A stretch of DNA of 64,000 bases, taken from NCBI RefSeq assembly GCF_964355755.1, contig NC_092676.1:1059788-1123787 (forward strand), read 5' to 3'. Both the position numbers and the translations under genes were made by a program. The notes under the pieces are model-generated. The model did no database searches. It had not been told where the DNA came from and saw nothing but the letters and a program-made list of their open reading frames with translations. Shown here piece after piece: positions 1 to 11,855 of the stretch (positions are counted from its first letter, which is position 1; the number at the start of each line of letters is the position of its first letter). This DNA is from Antedon mediterranea (taxonomy: Eukaryota; Animalia; Echinodermata).

Positions 1-46
1 AATAAAAAAAAAAAAACAATAAAATGCCAAATGTACGTAAGCATAC

Positions 47-63
47 CTTTGAGGATTTATATA
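47..63 (-). CDS. ARFGEF3: candidate ARFGEF3 17-nt micro-exon
   Basis: TCTACAG|TATATAAATCCTCAAAG|GTATGC; with the 43-nt exon it sums to 60 nt and restores phase 0 (VYKSSK). Confidence 0.45.
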
Positions 64-3000
64 CTGTAGATATTTTTCATTAAAACCATTAAATAATTTC
101 ATAATACGAATATTGTGTATATAATATATTGTGAAAATTTATTTATTCATTGTATATTTATTGTTTTAATTTATTTATTACAAATCTGAACTTTAGTCAT
201 TTATATAGCAATTATTATTACGTTTGTGATAAATATTTTGGAATGTGCAGTGTCAAATTGCAACCAAAAAAACCTCAATAAAGCCACAAAAAAAGTTGTT
301 AAAAGTCAAAGAGGTAATATGTATTGTAAACATTGTATATAGAATTGAAATAATCTTTACCTTTACTACTGAACTCAGCCATCACATCAGCTATATCTTC
401 CTTCTGTAAAGACAAGTTATAAATGTGTGTAAAAAATTGTATAATGTGTACAGTATGTGTGTTTCACCCTTCCCCCGGAAATACCGTTCACAAGACAAAC
501 ATTATACACAAGATGCTCTACATAACAAACTAAGTCTTTTGGAGTGGAGTTGTAAATTGTCATCGTTATAAAAAATCCTGGGTTCAAGTATGACAGGAAT
601 TGAACTCAAGACCCTTGGATTGGTAGTCAAGCGTCATAGCCACCAAACCACAACTTCACTCCGCTATATAATTATAGCAATTGATATAAATAAGCAATAC
701 AATCATATATTTATTAAAAATTAAAAATATATTGTGTATTTTTTTTAAAGAAACAAAAATGGTTATGTTGTTAAATGTAGTTATCTGATTTTAATTAATA
801 CAATTATATTATAGTTCTTTGGTTATAGTACAGATTAAGATATATTTGTGTGTATGCATGTGTATGTATATGAGTATTATTTATTATTGCTATGTAAAGA
901 CAAAAAAAAATTAATATGTTAGTAAATGTATATCTCTGGCTAATTTGATTAATACAATTATATTTAGTTAGATTAGTTACATAATTGTGGAAAACACAGC
1001 ATTTACCAAATTAATTAATTATTTACTTAAAAAAAAAAAATGGAATTAATAATTTATAGTTTTTAATATTGTTTGATCACTGTAAGATACTTTATTTAAA
1101 CGTTCATATAATGTTGATACCTATTACTTTATAGTTAAGTTTGTGTTATGGTTGTATTTTTTGAAATGAATAAAAAAAAAAAAAAAAAAAAAAATACAAT
1201 CATATATTTATGCATATATTTCTCCTTTGCAACAAAATATCATGATTAACTGTTTTGAAATGTCTTTCACGAATCATTAACGGTCTGAATCCATTAGATC
1301 AGTACTGTACCAATGACATACATAATTAACAAGTAGATTTTATCAAGTAATGTGACTGTCTAGCTAGGTACAAGTAGATTTTATCAAGTAATGTGACTGT
1401 CTAGCTAGGTACAAGTAGATTTTATCAAGTAATGTGACTGTCTAGCCAGGTACAAGTAGATTTTATCAAGTAATGTGACTGTCTAGCTAGGTACAAGTAG
1501 ATTTTATCAAGTAATGTGACTGTCTAGCCAGGTACAAGTAGATTTTATCAAGTAATGTGACTGTCTAGCTAGGTACAAGTACTGTAGATTTTATTATCAA
1601 GTAATGTGACTGTCTAGCTAGGTACAAGTAGATTTTATCAAGTAATGTGACTGTCTAGCTAGGTACAAGTAGATTTTATCAAGTAATGTGACTGTCTAGC
1701 TAGGTACAAGTAGATTTTATCAAGTAATGTGACTGTCTAGCTAGGTACAAGTAGATTTTATCAAGTAATGTGACTGTCTAGCTAGGTACAAGTAGATTTT
1801 ATCAAGTAATGTGACTGTCTAGCCAGGTACAAGTAGATTTTATCAAGTAATGTGACTGTCTAGCTAGGTACAAGTACTGTAGATTTTATTATCAAGTAAT
1901 GTGACTGTCTAGCTAGGTACAAGTAGATTTTATCAAGTAATGTGACTGTCTAGCTAGGTACAAGTAGATTTTATCAAGTAATGTGACTGTCTAGCCAGGT
2001 ACAAGTAGATTTTATCAAGTAATGTGACTGTCTAGCTAGGTACAAGTAGATTTTATCAAGTAATGTGACTGTCTAGCCAGGTACAAGTAGATTTTATTAT
2101 CAAGTAATGTGACTGTCTAGCTAGGTACAAGTAGATTTTATCAAGTAATGTGACTGTCTAGCTAGGTACAAGTAGATTTTATCAAGTAATGTGACTGTCT
2201 AGCCAGGTACAAGTAGATTTTATCAAGTAATGTGACTGTCTAGCTAGGTACAAGTAGATTTTATCAAGTAATGTGACTGTCTAGCCAGGTACAAGTAGAT
2301 TTTATCAAGTAATGTGACTGTCTAGCTAGGTACAAGTAGATTTTATCAAGTAATGTGACTGTCTAGCTAGGTACAAGTAGATTTTATCAAGTAATGTGAC
2401 TGTCTAGCCAGGTACAAGTAGATTTTATCAAGTAATGTGACTGTCTAGCCAGGTACAAGTAGATTTTATCAAGTAATGTGACTGTCTAGCTAGGTACAAG
2501 TAGATTTTATCAAGTAATGTGACTGTCTAGCTAGGTACAAGTAGATTTTATCAAGTAATGTGACTGTCTAGCTAGGTACAAGTAGATTTTATCAAGTAAT
2601 GTGACTGTCTAGCTAGGTACAAGTAGATTTTATCAAGTAATGTGACTGTCTAGCCAGGTACAAGTAGATTTTATCAAGTAATGTGACTGTCTAGCCAGGT
2701 ACAAGTAGTTATTGATTCTGTCACAGTTGTCTACACATATTCTATTAATGTCTTTAGAGAGGAAAAGAGAGGAATAATTATCATTGAGGGTAACAGAGGA
2801 AAACCTATTCCCTTAACTTGTCTTTCATATAGAATATTATTATTAAGCTCTGTCTACACTGTCAAACTTTATATGACAAAAAATGTGATGTGCCCATATA
2901 TGGACATGATGATGTCATAGCACTACCATAGTTAAGCATATCATATTTGGGCACATCACATCTTTTTTGTCAAACTAGTTCGATAGTGTAGACAGAGCTT

Positions 3001-6000
3001 CAGATGCTGATGAAACTGAACTGTGTTCTGTTCTATGTACTGTAGGTGGCCATGATACTATCTTTAAAAAATAAAAAAAACAGTTGCAATTTATGTGAGT
3101 CATTTGATCATCCATCATTCAATATACACTTGATACCTTTGTTGTCACTGCTTTTTCCTGATGCTAAAAACAAGTACTGGTAATAACAAATGTATACAGA
3201 AGTTAAAATAAACAACAAATAATAGGTTAAAAATATCTTATAGATATTAAGCATGGTCTTCATTGTTTTTGTATTAAAGTATAGTTTAATTTAATATTAA
3301 AAAGAACTTTTTTTACTACACACAAATTTTCCTAGAAAAATTATATTCTCAATGGACAAGTTTTATGAAATTTGTCTAATATCATAGCATGTGCTTACTG
3401 ATACTAATAGGAAAATGTATTTACTATAAAAACATAAAATCAGGCATCCATTTGAGCTACAATGGGATTATGGGGTGTTCACTATAATTAAATGCAAAAG
3501 CGCATTATTTTAACGAGTAATATACGCAGCAGCTGTTGGCTTCACAACACTGGCTTTCAAATTCCCTTTTAACAACTGAATTCAAAACTCAGAGCTATAA
3601 TTTATAATAAAACAGTTGACATTCAATGGGAAAAATTGCACAAATAGTTGGTTAATTATCCCTTTATGGCAAATACAATAAAGAGACAGTAATGCTGCCA
3701 TTAATCCATGGTTTAATTACTAGACGCTTTTGTGATTTTTTTCAACAGAAATCAATACAATTTATTAATAGCTTTGTTTTGATTGTGATGTTGAATGGAA
3801 ATCCCGGGGTTGATTTAGTAACGTGTGAAACAATACAAAACGAAATCCAATAATTTACTATACACGCTTATTTAGACTAAACTGTCGTGCTAGAATAGCT
3901 GGCCGAAAAAAAAATTTTGGAAATTCTATTCCATGTTACTTTTACTACTACAGTAGATGACAGTTTTAACATAATCTTCATAATTATTAATATAAATAGG
4001 CCCAAATATCTTCCTATTCATAAATATACACTGAAAAAAATCCAAAATAAATTATTTAATGCAATTAATGTATTTGTTTTCCAACAATATTCTTTACTAA
4101 TGTTATAATGACACTACCTCATGTACCTATTTTTTTTAATAGAAAGTTTGTAATATTCAAAATTATTTGCAAATAACCCAGAAGATAAAGCCACGGTATA
4201 AAACAGAAGTAGATATTGAAAGGTTTAGTTAAAAGAGGGATTATGTTTTTTTCTTTATTTGTATTTGATTTAGACTAAACTATTGTGTACTGCTATAATA
4301 GCTAGCCGAAAAAAAAAATGTTGGAAATTCTATTCCATGTTATTTTTACTACTCGATGACAGTTTTACTTTTACTTACATAATCTTCATAATTATTAACA
4401 TAAATAGGCTCAAATATCTTCCTATTCATAAATATACACTGAAAAAAACTAAACTTTCCAAAATTAACAATATGTACAACAACAAGACTAATGTATCAGT
4501 ATCCAATAAGGTATTTGTTTTTCCAATATTCTTTCATAATGTTAATGTTATAAAAAATACACAAACTATTTTTTTTAATAGAAAGTTTGTAATTCAAAAT
4601 TATTTGCAATGAGCCCAAAAGATAAAGCCACGATATAAAACAAAAGTAGATATTGAAAGGTTTAGTTAAAAGAGGGTTGTTTTTTTTTTTTATTTGTATT
4701 TTGGTATGTTAATTGTAAGTTATAGGTCCTCTGTACTTAGGATGTTTGTATGTTAGATGTATTGTAAGTTATAGGTCCTCTGTACTTAGGATGTTGGTAT
4801 GTTAAATGTATTGTAAGTTATAGGTCCTCTGTACTTAGGATGTTGGTATGTTAAATGTATTGTAAGTTATAGGTCCTCTGTACTTAGGATGTTGGTATGT
4901 TAAATGTATTGTAAGTTATAGGTCCTCTGTACTTAGGATGTTGGTATGTTAAATGTATTGTAAGGTATAGGTCCTCTGTACTTAGGATGTTGGTATGTTA
5001 AATGCATTGTAAGTTATAGGTCCTCTGTACTTAGGATGTTGGTATGTTAAATGCATTGTAAGCTATAGGTCCTCTGTACTTAGGATGGTACTACAGTATG
5101 TATGAAAGATAAAATAAATATAAATCATAAAATTAAAAATTAATTATTTAGATGTTCCTAATATAAAATGTATTCTCCTCATCTTCCTTAATTATATTGA
5201 AATCCCACCAAATTATATTATATAATTATTATTTATTCTATATACTATGCTAAGCCACGTGGATTTGAGTGCAATGAAGCGTGGAGACATATGGTACTTA
5301 GTCAAGTGTGATCCAGGTTGCATTCAACATTATATTGACATGCATTTTTTACATTCACCAATTCTTGCCATAAAGCATTGTCTACACTATCACACTAGTT
5401 GAACAAAAAGTGTGATGTGCCTAAATATGGCAGTGATATGCCCAAATATGGTAGTGATATGATGACATCATGTCCATATATGGGCACATCACATATTAAG
5501 TTTGATAATGTAGACAGAGCTTTAGACATTTATTCCAACATAGTACCTATCATGTTTATCATGTTTTCTTTCAATATTTGCACCAAAACAATGTGACATT
5601 TTTGTATGTTTATAGTGATGTGAAATATTGAGTCATATAAATTATAAAAAAATTATATGGAATGTATTTATCATATACTGATGAATTGAATTTTAAAAAT
5701 CTATAATATAAGTAAAAAAAGGTAGATTTGAACAAGTGCTTTTTCAAGTGGAAACTGAACACTGGCTATACATACCAGTATTTAGTTATAACAACATTAA
5801 GTATACCTTTGAAATGCATGTAGAGTAATTGATGAACCAAGTAAAAATCAATACTCATTGAATATTGTAGTATTAATAGGCATTAAGCTCTGTCTACACT
5901 ATCAAACTAGTTTGACAAAAACAGTATGATGTGGCCAAATATGGTGGTGATATGACCAAATATGATAGTGATATGACATCATCATGCCCATATATGGGCA

Positions 6001-9000
6001 CCTCACATTTCTTTGTCACATAAAAAAGTTTGATAGTATAGACAGAGCTTTACAATGATTACTATAATACCATAATCTACTCTATATTTGCTTAAAGATG
6101 TATTGTCCCCCAAAAACATGAAAAATGAAGATTAATTAAATCAGACTCTGAATAGGTTATTTTGTAGTTTTAATAAAGTTAATCACTTCCGTAGAAAAAA
6201 AAAAGAAAAAAATCAATGTTTTCACTTATAAAATGACAAAATAAATGGTTAAATTTAACCAAAAATCCATTGGCTGGCAGCCAATTTGACTATTTTTTTG
6301 CTTTAAATTACAGTTTTTTCAGGTAAATACTATCTATTTTTTGGTTAAAGTGGATAACTATTATGTGACATTAAAATGGTATATTTAACAAAAAAAATTT
6401 TAAAAATTATTTTTTCAGGGGGACAATACATCTTATACAGTTACCATTTGAAAAATAATATTGTCCAAAATAAAGTTGTTTTTAACTATAAAAGAAAATA
6501 TAATATACATATTGTTTGCAAAAGTTGTAATATTCAGGAAAGGTGGTAATACATTTTTTTGACAAAAGCTATCTCTGACTTGTATTATGTTATACTGCAC
6601 CCATTAATATCTTACTTTACAATGAGATAAATATGCTGCTATACAAAGACATTTTTTACCTGTTACTATTACAAAACCCCTTTATTGTAGTAAACATGGA
6701 TTATACAAATCAATAGTGAAATTCAATACATACCATTTTAACTTTAGAGTTATGACGATCTTGTAGGAACTGACAGACATGACTAAGTGTCTGGGTCAGC
6801 GTAACTTTCACAGCGGTCCTTACGCTCATTTGAGGTGTGCTTTTGAATGTGTTTGTACACAGCTGAAAAACAAGAAATAGTTTTTTACTTTATAAAGGAA
6901 AGACCAAAGCATATGGTCACAAGGACTTTAAAAGAAACAATATGGTTTCAAAATAAAGACATCTACTTTATCTTTTATTTTATCATTAATATCAAAAAAA
7001 TAATATAGTAATATTTAAGTAAAGATGGCAAATGTATAATTGCAGGAAAACATTGATCACATTTTGTAAATTTCAAAATCTTAAATAAGTCTTAATGCCC
7101 CACATCAAAGACTAATTGTTTATGGTTATTAAAAAATATACACTCAGTAGAAAGAAAGAACACATGATTTTTATAGAATTTTAAACACTGTTCTGATAAA
7201 CAATTTTCTAATGAGTGCTAATATAATAGAGCTAACATATCTTACTTAAATTATTTCAAAATGGCAGATATAGGTAATAATGTTACAGCATACTTGATAC
7301 AAACTGATAGTAACAAGTTGAAGTACACTACAGCAAATACTGATTACAATGTAAATACTGTACTAAATACATCAGTTCTACAAATGTTTACAGGTCTACC
7401 TTAGTTACTGATAATGGGATGACCTATGAGGTCAAAGGTTGATTTCAAAATATGATAACACTGTTATAAATTACTTTATTCATTGTCGTCATTATTGTCT
7501 TTATAAGAAGCAAGTAAATAATACGAAATACAATTTATTTTTAGACCTCCTCGTCCATTAAAAAAACACCAATTAATCAAGAACACTTATTATTTCCTCA
7601 ATTGTTTTCTACGATTTCAGGCGTAAAAGGAAGCTAATTTATCAATTTAAATGTCAGTTGAGAGTAAGGCTAGTTCTAATCTGTGACATCATCAATACTG
7701 TCTAGCAACCAACCTTCAAATAGCCTAACATGCAGTTGTACAAACGTGTCACCTAAACACCAGTATGTTAATTACAGAAGAGAGTTAATAAACACATCAA
7801 GTAACATTTTAAATATATTTTGATTGAAATAATCTGGATCTAGAAAACGCAGATATATCTGAGATCTGAATTTTATAGATCTGAGTTTTCTAGACACCCA
7901 AATAATTTTATTCATTATAAAATTCTTTTCATTTTTTTTATTCAGACAGAAATAATTCATTCACTACTGAAGTTGGTTGAACTGTGTCTTTTATACAAAA
8001 CAATTTCTGTACTATTCATGTAGTTTAATTATTGTCATTATAACGACTTACCTCAATTAAAGCATTGACGTACGCACTGTGTAAGGGACAGGCTTCAGAT
8101 GAACTTAACGTCACTAGGAACTAAAAAAACAAATAACTAAATGATTATTCTTTTGAAAATGTCACAAATATTGGAACATTAAAAACATAAAACAAGGTGC
8201 AAATACTGTAATATTAATAAGGTATTCTAATGTTTCTTTAAAACAATAATAATATTAGTAAAGTTCTCTTTACCAGAGTCTCACATCGCAACATGAAAAG
8301 AATAACCTATTTTATGTCAATAAGCCCTAGGTGTCCTCTTACATCTTGCTTACTACTTGAAAATGTAACTTTTACAAATAAATCCTCTTGTATTTCAAGA
8401 TACAATGAAGTATAGTAAACATCTAGACCATGAATATAATAGTGTGTTTTCCTCAGACAATGAGTTGTTGTTATCATTATAGGAAAAGGTTTGGCAGGAA
8501 ACACATGGTAAACCATCAGAGTAGTAGAGTGCAGTAGACAAACAAAGAAAAAATAAGAAATTACAAGGAATTTAAAGCTCTGTCTACACTAACAAACTAG
8601 TTTAACAAAAAAGTGTGATGTGCCTAAATGTGGTAGTAATATACCCAAATATGGTAGTGATATGACATCATCCATATTTGGGCACATCACATTTTTTGTC
8701 ACAGAAAGTTTGATAGTGTAGAATAAATAAGGCTCATAGAACCTGATAATACTGAATTAATACTGTACCTTCATGATATCAACTTGTGTATCCTCTGTGA
8801 GTGATGGAGAACCTGATAAAGCCCACAGAACTTGCATAAACACAGTCTGCTCCAACTCTTCATTTGTTTCATCTGATTTGAAAGTCTCTTCATCTAAAAC
8901 TTTCTGTTTTACGAAATGAAATAGTTTTATTTACAAAAACAATAAATAAAAAACTAAACAACAAAAATTACGGGTCACATCACTCTCGTACGGTATACCG

Positions 9001-9617
9001 ACAAGCATTCAGTGACCGAATGGCAGCTGGATAGAAGCTGTTATGAAACTACTTGTACGAGAGATGATGGATTGGTAATGTCTACAAACTGCTACGTAAC
9101 ACATCAAATACATTATGCATGGGATGAGTAGAATCTTCCAATTTTACCTGAATTCCCTCCAAAGCCAAGGCTGCTAGTTTAGAGTTTTTCGACTCCAACG
9201 CTAACTTCAAAGGAATTAAACATATCATTCGCAGTTTGTGTTTTTCACTTGTACCTCTCTGCGCCTCCAGCGTATCTGAAATCAGAATAAAGTGTCAATT
9301 TCATTTTTTTATTTTATTTTCATTTATTGTATGTTTTATGAAAATAAAAAAATAACAGAAAAAGTTCTTTGTGTGGATATTCAAATAAGCCAATAAACAA
9401 GTTAACAAGTTTGTGAATTATGTACAAAATTAAATAATACATTAATTATTACAATTTTTTACTTGCATGTAGGCCTAATACTAAACATTTTATGTTTTTT
9501 TAAATTAAATTTAAGTATTATTTATAAATAAAACTTACCACAAGCATTGTTACAGGCACTTCTTACAGGTTTATTCTTGGACGCTGATGCGATTATATGT
9601 GTAAATATATCTTCCAT
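47..9617 (-). CDS. ARFGEF3: ARFGEF3/BIG3 (brefeldin A-inhibited GEF 3) orthologue, 5' part; gene continues beyond the left edge
   Basis: Exons 9539-9617, 9148-9275, 8769-8903, 8052-8120 and 6734-6862 (all GT/AG, in frame) give MEDIFTHIIASASKNKPVRSACNNACDTLEAQRGTSEKHKLRMICLIPLKLALESKNSKLAALALEGIQKVLDEETF...SPSLTEDTQVDIMKFLVTLSS...LCTNTFKSTPQMSVRTAVKVTLTQTLS. This matches the BIG3 N-terminus as I recall it (LREKCLLPLQLALESKNVKLA...PSLNEDLQVEVMK...SINTAVRATLSQML). Candidate later micro-exons: 3137-3163, 361-403, 47-63. Confidence 0.88.
361..403 (-). CDS. ARFGEF3: candidate ARFGEF3 43-nt exon
   Basis: TTTACAG|KEDIADVMAEFSSK+G|GTAAAG, phase 0-1. Confidence 0.55.
590..660 (-). mobile_element. degenerate tRNA-derived SINE head
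   Basis: Minus strand GTGGTTTGGTGGCTATGACGCTTGACTACCAATCCAAGGGTCTTGAGTTCAATTCCTG resembles A and B boxes; no full cloverleaf. Confidence 0.45.
1329..2708. repeat. 41-bp minisatellite, about 33 copies
   Basis: Unit ACAAGTAGATTTTATCAAGTAATGTGACTGTCTAGC[T/C]AGGT head-to-tail; a few units carry CTGTA or TTA insertions. Confidence 0.97.
2846..2999. mobile_element. PIF/Harbinger-like MITE family A, copy 1
   Basis: TIR AGCTCTGTCTACACT...AGTGTAGACAGAGCT, flanks TTA/TCA; related copies at 5374, 5886, 8576 and partials near 26115 and 45306. Confidence 0.8.
3137..3163 (-). CDS. ARFGEF3: candidate ARFGEF3 27-nt micro-exon
   Basis: TTTTTAG|HQEKAVTTK|GTATCA, phase 0-0, no stop. Confidence 0.45.
3870..4700. 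repeat. diverged tandem duplication of a ~400-bp intronic block
   Basis: ATTTAGACTAAACT...GGAAATTCTATTCCATGTTA...GATAAAGCCACG...GGTTTAGTTAAAAGAGGG occurs from about 3870 and again from about 4268. Confidence 0.85.
4701..5088. repeat. 49-bp minisatellite, about 8 copies
   Basis: Unit TGTTGGTATGTTAAATGTATTGTAAGTTATAGGTCCTCTGTACTTAGGA. Confidence 0.95.
5374..5521. mobile_element. MITE family A, copy 2
   Basis: Same TIRs and internal GTGATGTGCC..ATATGG core as 2846-2999. Confidence 0.75.
5886..6049. mobile_element. MITE family A, copy 3
   Basis: TIRs AGCTCTGTCTA/TAGACAGAGCT flanked by TTA on both sides (Harbinger-type 3-bp TSD). Confidence 0.82.
6096..6433. mobile_element. TTAA-target MITE (Kolobok/piggyBac-like) family B
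   Basis: TIR AGATGTATTGTCCCCC...GGGGGACAATACATCT, left flank TTAA; shorter relative at 28151-28243. Confidence 0.7.
6734..6862 (-). CDS. ARFGEF3: ARFGEF3 coding exon 5
   Basis: LCTNTFKSTPQMSVRTAVKVTLTQTLSHVCQFLQDRHNSKVKM; 129 nt, AG/GT. Confidence 0.88.
8052..8120 (-). CDS. ARFGEF3: ARFGEF3 coding exon 4
   Basis: FLVTLSSSEACPLHSAYVNALIE; TTTTTAG acceptor, GTAAGT donor, 69 nt. Confidence 0.8.
8576..8722. mobile_element. MITE family A, copy 4 (right TIR truncated)
   Basis: AGCTCTGTCTACACT start, family A core, ends at TTTGATAGTGTAGA. Confidence 0.72.
8769..8903 (-). CDS. ARFGEF3: ARFGEF3 coding exon 3
   Basis: KVLDEETFKSDETNEELEQTVFMQVLWALSGSPSLTEDTQVDIMK; 135 nt, AG/GT. Confidence 0.9.
9148..9275 (-). 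CDS. ARFGEF3: ARFGEF3 coding exon 2
   Basis: DTLEAQRGTSEKHKLRMICLIPLKLALESKNSKLAALALEGIQ; AG/GT boundaries, phase 1 to 0. Confidence 0.9.
9539..9617 (-). CDS. ARFGEF3: ARFGEF3 coding exon 1
   Basis: ATG at 9617, MEDIFTHIIASASKNKPVRSACNNAC, GTAAGT donor after 9539. Confidence 0.85.
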
Positions 9618-11669
9618 TTTTCAATAATTCCTATTTATCCCACAGTTAACAATAATAACAATTCTAAGGAAACTGTTCAATTAATCCTATGAATACTACT
9701 ACAATTTACAAAAACAATCCTTCTTTTCAAGAATTAAAATTCACTTTCCTCAATAATACATCTTTTGGTCAAAATGTAATTATACACAATACGCATAATA
9801 TAGCAAAGAAGCCATTAACTAGCCAAGCATCTTACAAACAATAAATAAGCTAGGCTAGGCCTAGATTTGTCAATATGTTTGTTGACGTGGGCCTCGGCGG
9901 ATGTGAGCCAGCTGTTGTTCAAAGGAGCTCACGTAAACAATCCATCTACCTGGCCTGGCTTTTCCAAAACAAAAGCATTTCTACCTTTCTTATTCTAATG
10001 AAAACAATCAACGTTTGCATTTGTATATTCCATTATAACTATCTCACTACCTATATCAAGAATTAAAAGTTTCCTCAGAGGCTCATATAAATAGCAGATG
10101 ATAAAAGACAACGTTCCATCAACATCCTCCTCTCTCGCTCATCACTCTTCTTCACTACCTCTAGACCTGTCGTTCAATCGACACAAGGCCGCCGTGTTTA
10201 CAACTCTCTCTAAATCCGGCCTTCAGTATAGTGTAAGCTATCTGCACAGCCGCTATGCTGTAAAGTTCAAGTTGTCTATTAACACGACTACCAAATGTTT
10301 TTGTATACACTTTTGTTGTGCAAAAACATAGCCTTATCTTGTTGCATCCCTTTGTATTTGTGTATAGATAATAAATCTTGATTCAGATAATTGAAATTAT
10401 TTAATCGTGATGTCAAGATATGATTTATAGTAATTTATTCGAAATCTTTGCAATTAGTCTAGTGATGGCGCTCTTGAAGACGGACGATTAAAGAGCTCTT
10501 TTGCATAATAAGCAACATCATATTGATGGAGTGATGAATGCAAGATACCACACAATAGTAAATCATATCTTTTATTCTTTTACCTTAAATTTTTTTTCAT
10601 AATTTATATACACACATAGAGGGCTTTTTTGTCTATCAATTGTTGAGACTGTAAATAAGTGAATGTGTTTATCAAACACGATACAGGTACAGACAAAAAA
10701 ATATCACAAATTAATTGGGGATTGCACAATTTAATAACTCCATAGAACAACACAGTATAACATAACATTTAAAGCAAATACAAAACCATGTATATAAAAG
10801 CATTAAAATAATCAAAGTGTACAATAAATTTAATTATGTTTCATGCTATATTGCTATTTTTGCGATTATACTTGGTTGAGTTTGTTTCTTCACAAATATA
10901 TAATAATTACAAATTAAGTAGAAGTTTTCAAAGTAAATTACTTACAAGCTAAATCTTAGTAATCTAAGTATGGATGGAGATTAAAACTTTTAAACAAATT
11001 CAGCACACAAAAAAAAATAAAACTGATCAACTCAACATTTACAGGCATACACTTAACATAATAAAATGGATATACAAATAAATATCTTTCTACAATATCT
11101 GTAGGTACAAAATGCAAATTAACAATTCAATAGCAGATTGTTTTATCATATAAAAGTTATGTTAAAGTTGTGTTTAATATATTTCACACAAACAAGGCAG
11201 GATACTAACATAGCAAGGCAAGGTTTGCAAATGTTGCAAAACAAATTGTGTACTTGAATACTTTTCTTTAAAATTATTTGCCAATAAGATAAAATTTCAA
11301 TTATTTTAACAACACTAAATAATTCTATAATTAGATAATAATAATAAGTCTATATGATGATTTTCTTACTTTAATTAATTCTACTTATAAGTAAGTAATC
11401 AGTTTACTTTTTAGTGTTAGTGTACTTAATTAATTTTCCAATAATTTTCGTTGTGAAAAAGAAAAACTCTGAATGTATACATAAATTGGTCCGCCATTTC
11501 TTCACAAGTAAGTTTTATCTTTGTCTTGTGGTAAAAATTTATTTCAACAATTCTTTTTGGGAAACATATAAAACTGTAAACACTAAAATATTCCTTATAA
11601 ATACAAATCTTGAAAGCTTTCATGGGTCACCCGTATGAACTCAGAAGACAGAAAGATTTTCACTTCTTT

Positions 11670-11855
11670 TTAGATTTGTTTTTTTCTGTTATTTTGATCT
11701 TTATTTAATTTATACAATCTGAATGTTTTATTTTTGAACACCATTTTGAAATACTTTGTGTATTCCTTTGAAGCTCGTTGGATGGCGTCACAAAACCTAG
11801 GAGTAGTCACACTCTTGAGATCTGGTTCCTCAGTGGGATCCGCACCAGAATACAA
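11670..11855 (-). CDS. DPY19L3: DPY19L3 last coding exon
   Basis: LYSGADPTEEPDLKSVTTPRFCDAIQR...FKNKTFRLYKL...stop. Confidence 0.92.
   Translation of the reverse strand: MYSGADPTEEPDLKSVTTPRFCDAIQRASKEYTKYFKMVFKNKTFRLYKLNKDQNNRKKQI

Noticed and set aside
1329-2708. CRISPR-like appearance of the 41-bp repeats
   Set aside because: No unique spacers, no cas genes, eukaryotic intron context: a minisatellite.
3917-4612. Two similar short ORFs
   Set aside because: They come from an AT-rich intronic tandem duplication with frame-breaking differences.
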